Positions 60,896-64,000 of a stretch of 64,000 nucleotides of DNA are shown here, piece by piece. Under the pieces are notes generated by a model. It searched no databases. It saw nothing but the letters and a program-made list of their open reading frames with translations, and was not told the DNA's origin. Origin of the DNA: Candidatus Latescibacterota bacterium (lineage in GTDB: Bacteria; Latescibacterota; UBA2968; GCA-2709665); NCBI GenBank assembly GCA_965116875.1, contig OZ220733.1, forward strand, positions 992,001 through 1,056,000. Direction: 5' to 3'. Numbering within the stretch: the first letter of the stretch is position 1; each line of letters opens with the position of its first letter. Both the position numbers and the translations under genes were made by a program.

Positions 60896-62032
60896 TCACG
60901 GTCCCCCCAGAACCTTACGCAACCGCTCGCCGACGACCTCCAGGTCCTCGTCCGTCAACGTGGGCACCGACACGTGGAGCGCGTCTCCGTAATCCCCCAG
61001 CACAATGCTCGGCCGGCCCTCCTTCAGTTCGTCCAGGACCTGCGACGGGGATTTTCCGAGGTCCTTCTCGTCAAAACGGATCCGCAGACCGCTGCCGAGA
61101 CCTCGTTTTTCCGTCACGTGTTCGATTTGGATGTATGGAATTCCTTCCAATAGACGGCAGAGTTCGTCAGCCTTGCGCCGGTGATCGGCGAACCGCGCCT
61201 CGTGGTCCATTTCAAACCATTCCTTCAGCGCGGCCGTCACGGCAATCACTTCCTGGCGGTCCACCTTCAGGGGACGGCCCACCGTTCGCCGTTCCTCGGT
61301 TTCGAACCCGATAAAGCCCTGCACGAAAGCCGCGTCCACCAGGTCCTTCCGCCCGCACATGATCCCCGTGGAGTTGCACGCGCCGAAATATTTCGCGCCG
61401 TACCCCACCACGTCCGCGCCCATCCGGGGGTACCGGCACATGACGTCCAGCGGGAATACCTGCGAAGCCGCGTCCACGATCACCGCAACGCCGCGGCCCC
61501 TCGCGATGGCCATGGCGTCTTCCAGCGGGACAACGCCCGACCCGCCGCCCGGGGCGACGTACAGCAGGCCGGCCGTGCGATCGGTCATCGCCGCCTCCAA
61601 CTGGCTCGCGCTCGTGCCGTCCCCGCCTCCCACCTCCACCAGCTTTCCGCCGTACACCGTCACGCAGCGCTCGTACTTGTACCGCTGCCTGGACTGAATC
61701 AGAAACTCGTCGCGCATCCCGGTTGTGTCGGGCAGTCGTTCCATCCTGCCGCGGTCGTTTCCAGTCATGCACGCGGCCGACCCCAGCGCCAGCACGGACG
61801 CGCATCCGGGCGTGACCAGCGCCGCCTCCGCCCCCAGCATCCCGGCGATCACTTCGCCGGAACGCTTCAGCAGTTCCTTCATATCGGCAAAATACCGGTT
61901 CGCGTCCTGCATCGCCCGGAGCACCCCGGGAGACAGCCGCGACCCACCCAGCACCGTCTGGCTTCCCATCGCGTTGATTACGGGGTTCACGCCCAGGTCT
62001 TCGTAGATCCGTCGTCCACTCTCGCTGTCCAT
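60896..62032 (-). CDS. SelA-like PLP-dependent enzyme (DgaE/selenocysteine-synthase-related family)
   Basis: PVINAMG..T.LGGS, VIVDAAS, GAD...YGAKYFG, GRPLKV. Confidence 0.85.
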   Translation of the reverse strand: MDSESGRRIYEDLGVNPVINAMGSQTVLGGSRLSPGVLRAMQDANRYFADMKELLKRSGEVIAGMLGAEAALVTPGCASVLALGSAACMTGNDRGRMERLPDTTGMRDEFLIQSRQRYKYERCVTVYGGKLVEVGGGDGTSASQLEAAMTDRTAGLLYVAPGGGSGVVPLEDAMAIARGRGVAVIVDAASQVFPLDVMCRYPRMGADVVGYGAKYFGACNSTGIMCGRKDLVDAAFVQGFIGFETEERRTVGRPLKVDRQEVIAVTAALKEWFEMDHEARFADHRRKADELCRLLEGIPYIQIEHVTEKRGLGSGLRIRFDEKDLGKSPSQVLDELKEGRPSIVLGDYGDALHVSVPTLTDEDLEVVGERLRKVLGGP

Positions 62033-62085
62033 ATGCGCCTCATCGCAGGGAAATGATCCGGCAACTGAAACGATCGCGCCTTCCT

Positions 62086-62149
62086 TAACAGCCCGTTGAA
62101 AAAGCCCATCCGGCCTCGCCTGCAGAGCGACTTTCTCAACGGACTGTTA
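62086..62149. mobile_element. 64-bp miniature inverted-repeat element (IS-end-like)
   Basis: TAACAGCCCGTTGAAAAAG versus the reverse complement of 62131-62149, TAACAGTCCGTTGAGAAAG (17/19 identical), around a 26-bp spacer. Confidence 0.55.
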
Positions 62150-62221
62150 TTTACCGCCACCGCAGACAAGATAGCTTTCCTGGATTCGCCGATCAATTCC
62201 TTTCTGTGCGCGAAAGAAAAC

Positions 62222-62247
62222 AGGGCGACCACAAGGGTCGCCCTTAC
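62222..62247 (-). repeat. REP-like palindrome
   Basis: Minus strand GTAAGGGCGACCCTTGTGGTCGCCCT, resembling GTAGGGGCGACC...GGTCGCCC REP elements. Confidence 0.6.
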
Positions 62248-62378
62248 CATCCTGAATCCCCGGGAGGGCTCCGCCAGACCGGACTGCGGATTCAGTTGAT
62301 TCTTCAGTTGGCCTCAGTACAACCGTGCCCCTCGATCGTTTGCCCGGTGACGAAACCATCGGTTGACGTCGAGGAAAT

Positions 62379-64000
62379 TCAATTGTCCTTACCAAAACCT
62401 GGAATACCGGATTCGAAAAGATATGCGATTTTCGCAAACACGGCCCGATTACCCGGCCTGCCATTCACGAATACAAAGTAAATGTGGCTCTCCGGTGTGA
62501 ATTCGTAATCGAAAATGGCATTGAAACTGAGGGACGTTTCATCCCGTAGTCGTTCTTCAATGCGTTCAATATAGATGAGCCAACCAACCCTTCGAGTCAG
62601 CTGGTAGTTGCCGCGTAGCCGGAATACATTCGTTTTGCGAATTGCATCCCACGAAAGATAGCCAAGAGTGACATCCAAAGTTGTTTTTTCCAAAACGTTG
62701 AGACCTGCGGAGAAACTGGAATATCGGCTGATTTGCCCCCGTCGAAGCCCGATTCGACCAAATGTGCTCAGGTGCCACCGCTGTGCCGCGTAATTGACCT
62801 CTGAACCAAGAAACCTGGTATCGAAGAGTTGACCGACTTCGCGCAGTGCGCCGAAACCACCGAACGTCACGAAATCGATCCGGCCAATTTCGACATTGAA
62901 CCTGAGCTCGTTACGCCGTTCGCTCAGCAGCTTATCCGCGTTGGTTTGGTATGCGTGGTACATTTCAGCCGTCAATGACCGCACGAGCCGGGTCTCCGGC
63001 AGTCCGTAACTGTATCTTGCCCTGGCACGCTTGCGGTGGAACGCGTCATCTTCAAGTCCAATCTCGTTGGGACGAAAGCCGTCCTGGATTTCTTCAACCC
63101 CGACCTGGGCCATCCAACCTCTGTGCACCCAGGTCAGTTCGTGATGGTAAGCGCTATGGGTCCGGCCGCCGATGGAATTGACGGCAAATTGGGACGAAGC
63201 CGTCAGGTCTCTGCCAAATCCGAATCGACCATTGAGAGACAGAAGCAGCACATCCCTGTCTTCCTGGTGTTTCCGGACACCCATGAACCCAACGACCGTC
63301 CGCTCGCCAACGTCCCAGTTGACACGACTGGCCAGGAGATTCGCCTGCTTCTTGCGATCTCCATCGTATCGGTCTATCATCTTTCCGTACGTGTTGATTA
63401 TTGCGACATTCGCTGCGCCAAATCTGCCAGCCACTTTCGTCCCGATATCGATTTCCTGAACTCGGCGGGTATAGTACAGATTCAGCGGTAACGTGAACAG
63501 TTCCGCGCCTTCCCGAAAAAATGGTCTGCGTTCCGGTAGTGAGAGCTCCCGGTCGCTGGCAATGTTGATTTGGGTGGGGTCACTTTCCAACTGGGAAAAG
63601 TCCGGGTTGAATGTCACATTCGAGGTAAGGTGCGTCGAGACCGGTACAATAAAGTCCAGGCCTCCTTCGTAATCGTCCTGGCGGTCTTCAATCGTACGAT
63701 AGGCGGCGTAGGGAAGAATGCCGATTTTCGGTTCAAACCGAATCTCGCCAAGATTCAATCCGGTCAAATCGCCGAACTCGGATACACGGCCGAAAAATGC
63801 AGAAGGCGCCCAGGAATAGGATTGACCGCTTATCGGATGCGTCCTCCAGAAGTTGATTCCCCATGTCGAATTGTGCGGATCGAACCGGAGTACCCGAAAC
63901 GGGATCGAGAATTCGGCGGTCCACCCATGACGGTGTTTTCGTACCTTCGATTCCCATATTGCATCCCAACTCATGTCGAAAACACTCTCATTGCTTATGC
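62379..64000 (-). CDS. DUF5916 / CBM9-associated outer-membrane protein (5'-truncated by window edge)
   Basis: WDAIWES...GWTAEFSIPF..LRF, WGINF, TFNPDFSQLE.D, LPERRPFFREG, YYTRR. Confidence 0.88.
   Translation of the reverse strand, partial: ISNESVFDMSWDAIWESKVRKHRHGWTAEFSIPFRVLRFDPHNSTWGINFWRTHPISGQSYSWAPSAFFGRVSEFGDLTGLNLGEIRFEPKIGILPYAAYRTIEDRQDDYEGGLDFIVPVSTHLTSNVTFNPDFSQLESDPTQINIASDRELSLPERRPFFREGAELFTLPLNLYYTRRVQEIDIGTKVAGRFGAANVAIINTYGKMIDRYDGDRKKQANLLASRVNWDVGERTVVGFMGVRKHQEDRDVLLLSLNGRFGFGRDLTASSQFAVNSIGGRTHSAYHHELTWVHRGWMAQVGVEEIQDGFRPNEIGLEDDAFHRKRARARYSYGLPETRLVRSLTAEMYHAYQTNADKLLSERRNELRFNVEIGRIDFVTFGGFGALREVGQLFDTRFLGSEVNYAAQRWHLSTFGRIGLRRGQISRYSSFSAGLNVLEKTTLDVTLGYLSWDAIRKTNVFRLRGNYQLTRRVGWLIYIERIEERLRDETSLSFNAIFDYEFTPESHIYFVFVNGRPGNRAVFAKIAYLFESGIPGFGKDN

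Noticed and set aside
60896-62032. True selenocysteine synthase selA
   Set aside because: Shorter than SelA, lacks the N-terminal tRNA-binding domain, and no selB or selC is nearby; it fits the SelA-like family.
1-64000. CRISPR array, rRNA, transposase, prophage or defence genes
   Set aside because: No regularly spaced repeats or recognisable motifs were seen by eye; short or diverged elements could have been missed.

Overview
High-GC bacterial chromosome segment. The gene content (GWxTD protein, DUF4159/DUF4175/MoxR/DUF58 block, FCB-type LptD, DUF5916) suggests an FCB-group or related uncultured lineage such as Latescibacterota or Gemmatimonadota; this is inference. The first ~41 kb is mostly housekeeping and conserved hypothetical genes: argG, argH, priA, rodZ-like, maf, dtd, lptD, tRNA-Leu(TAG), lysA, and a degenerate glutamate-mutase S subunit next to glmL. 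The most notable region is 41.5-55.2 kb on the minus strand, a candidate peptide-secretion (bacteriocin/RiPP-like) system. It holds four small precursor genes whose leaders align without gaps (LP-x15-GG double-glycine leaders; hydrophobic, mostly anionic cores), a cNMP-domain C39 peptidase ABC exporter, an HlyD adaptor, a parvulin-like chaperone and six membrane metalloproteases (3 CPBP/Abi, 3 DUF3267 HEALH zincins). No tailoring enzymes were recognised. Candidate control elements are a sigma-54 -24/-12 promoter, a perfect 20-bp palindrome, and an exact 15-bp direct repeat bracketing the AT-richer precursor/protease cassette. All family assignments come from motif recognition by eye; no searches were run.
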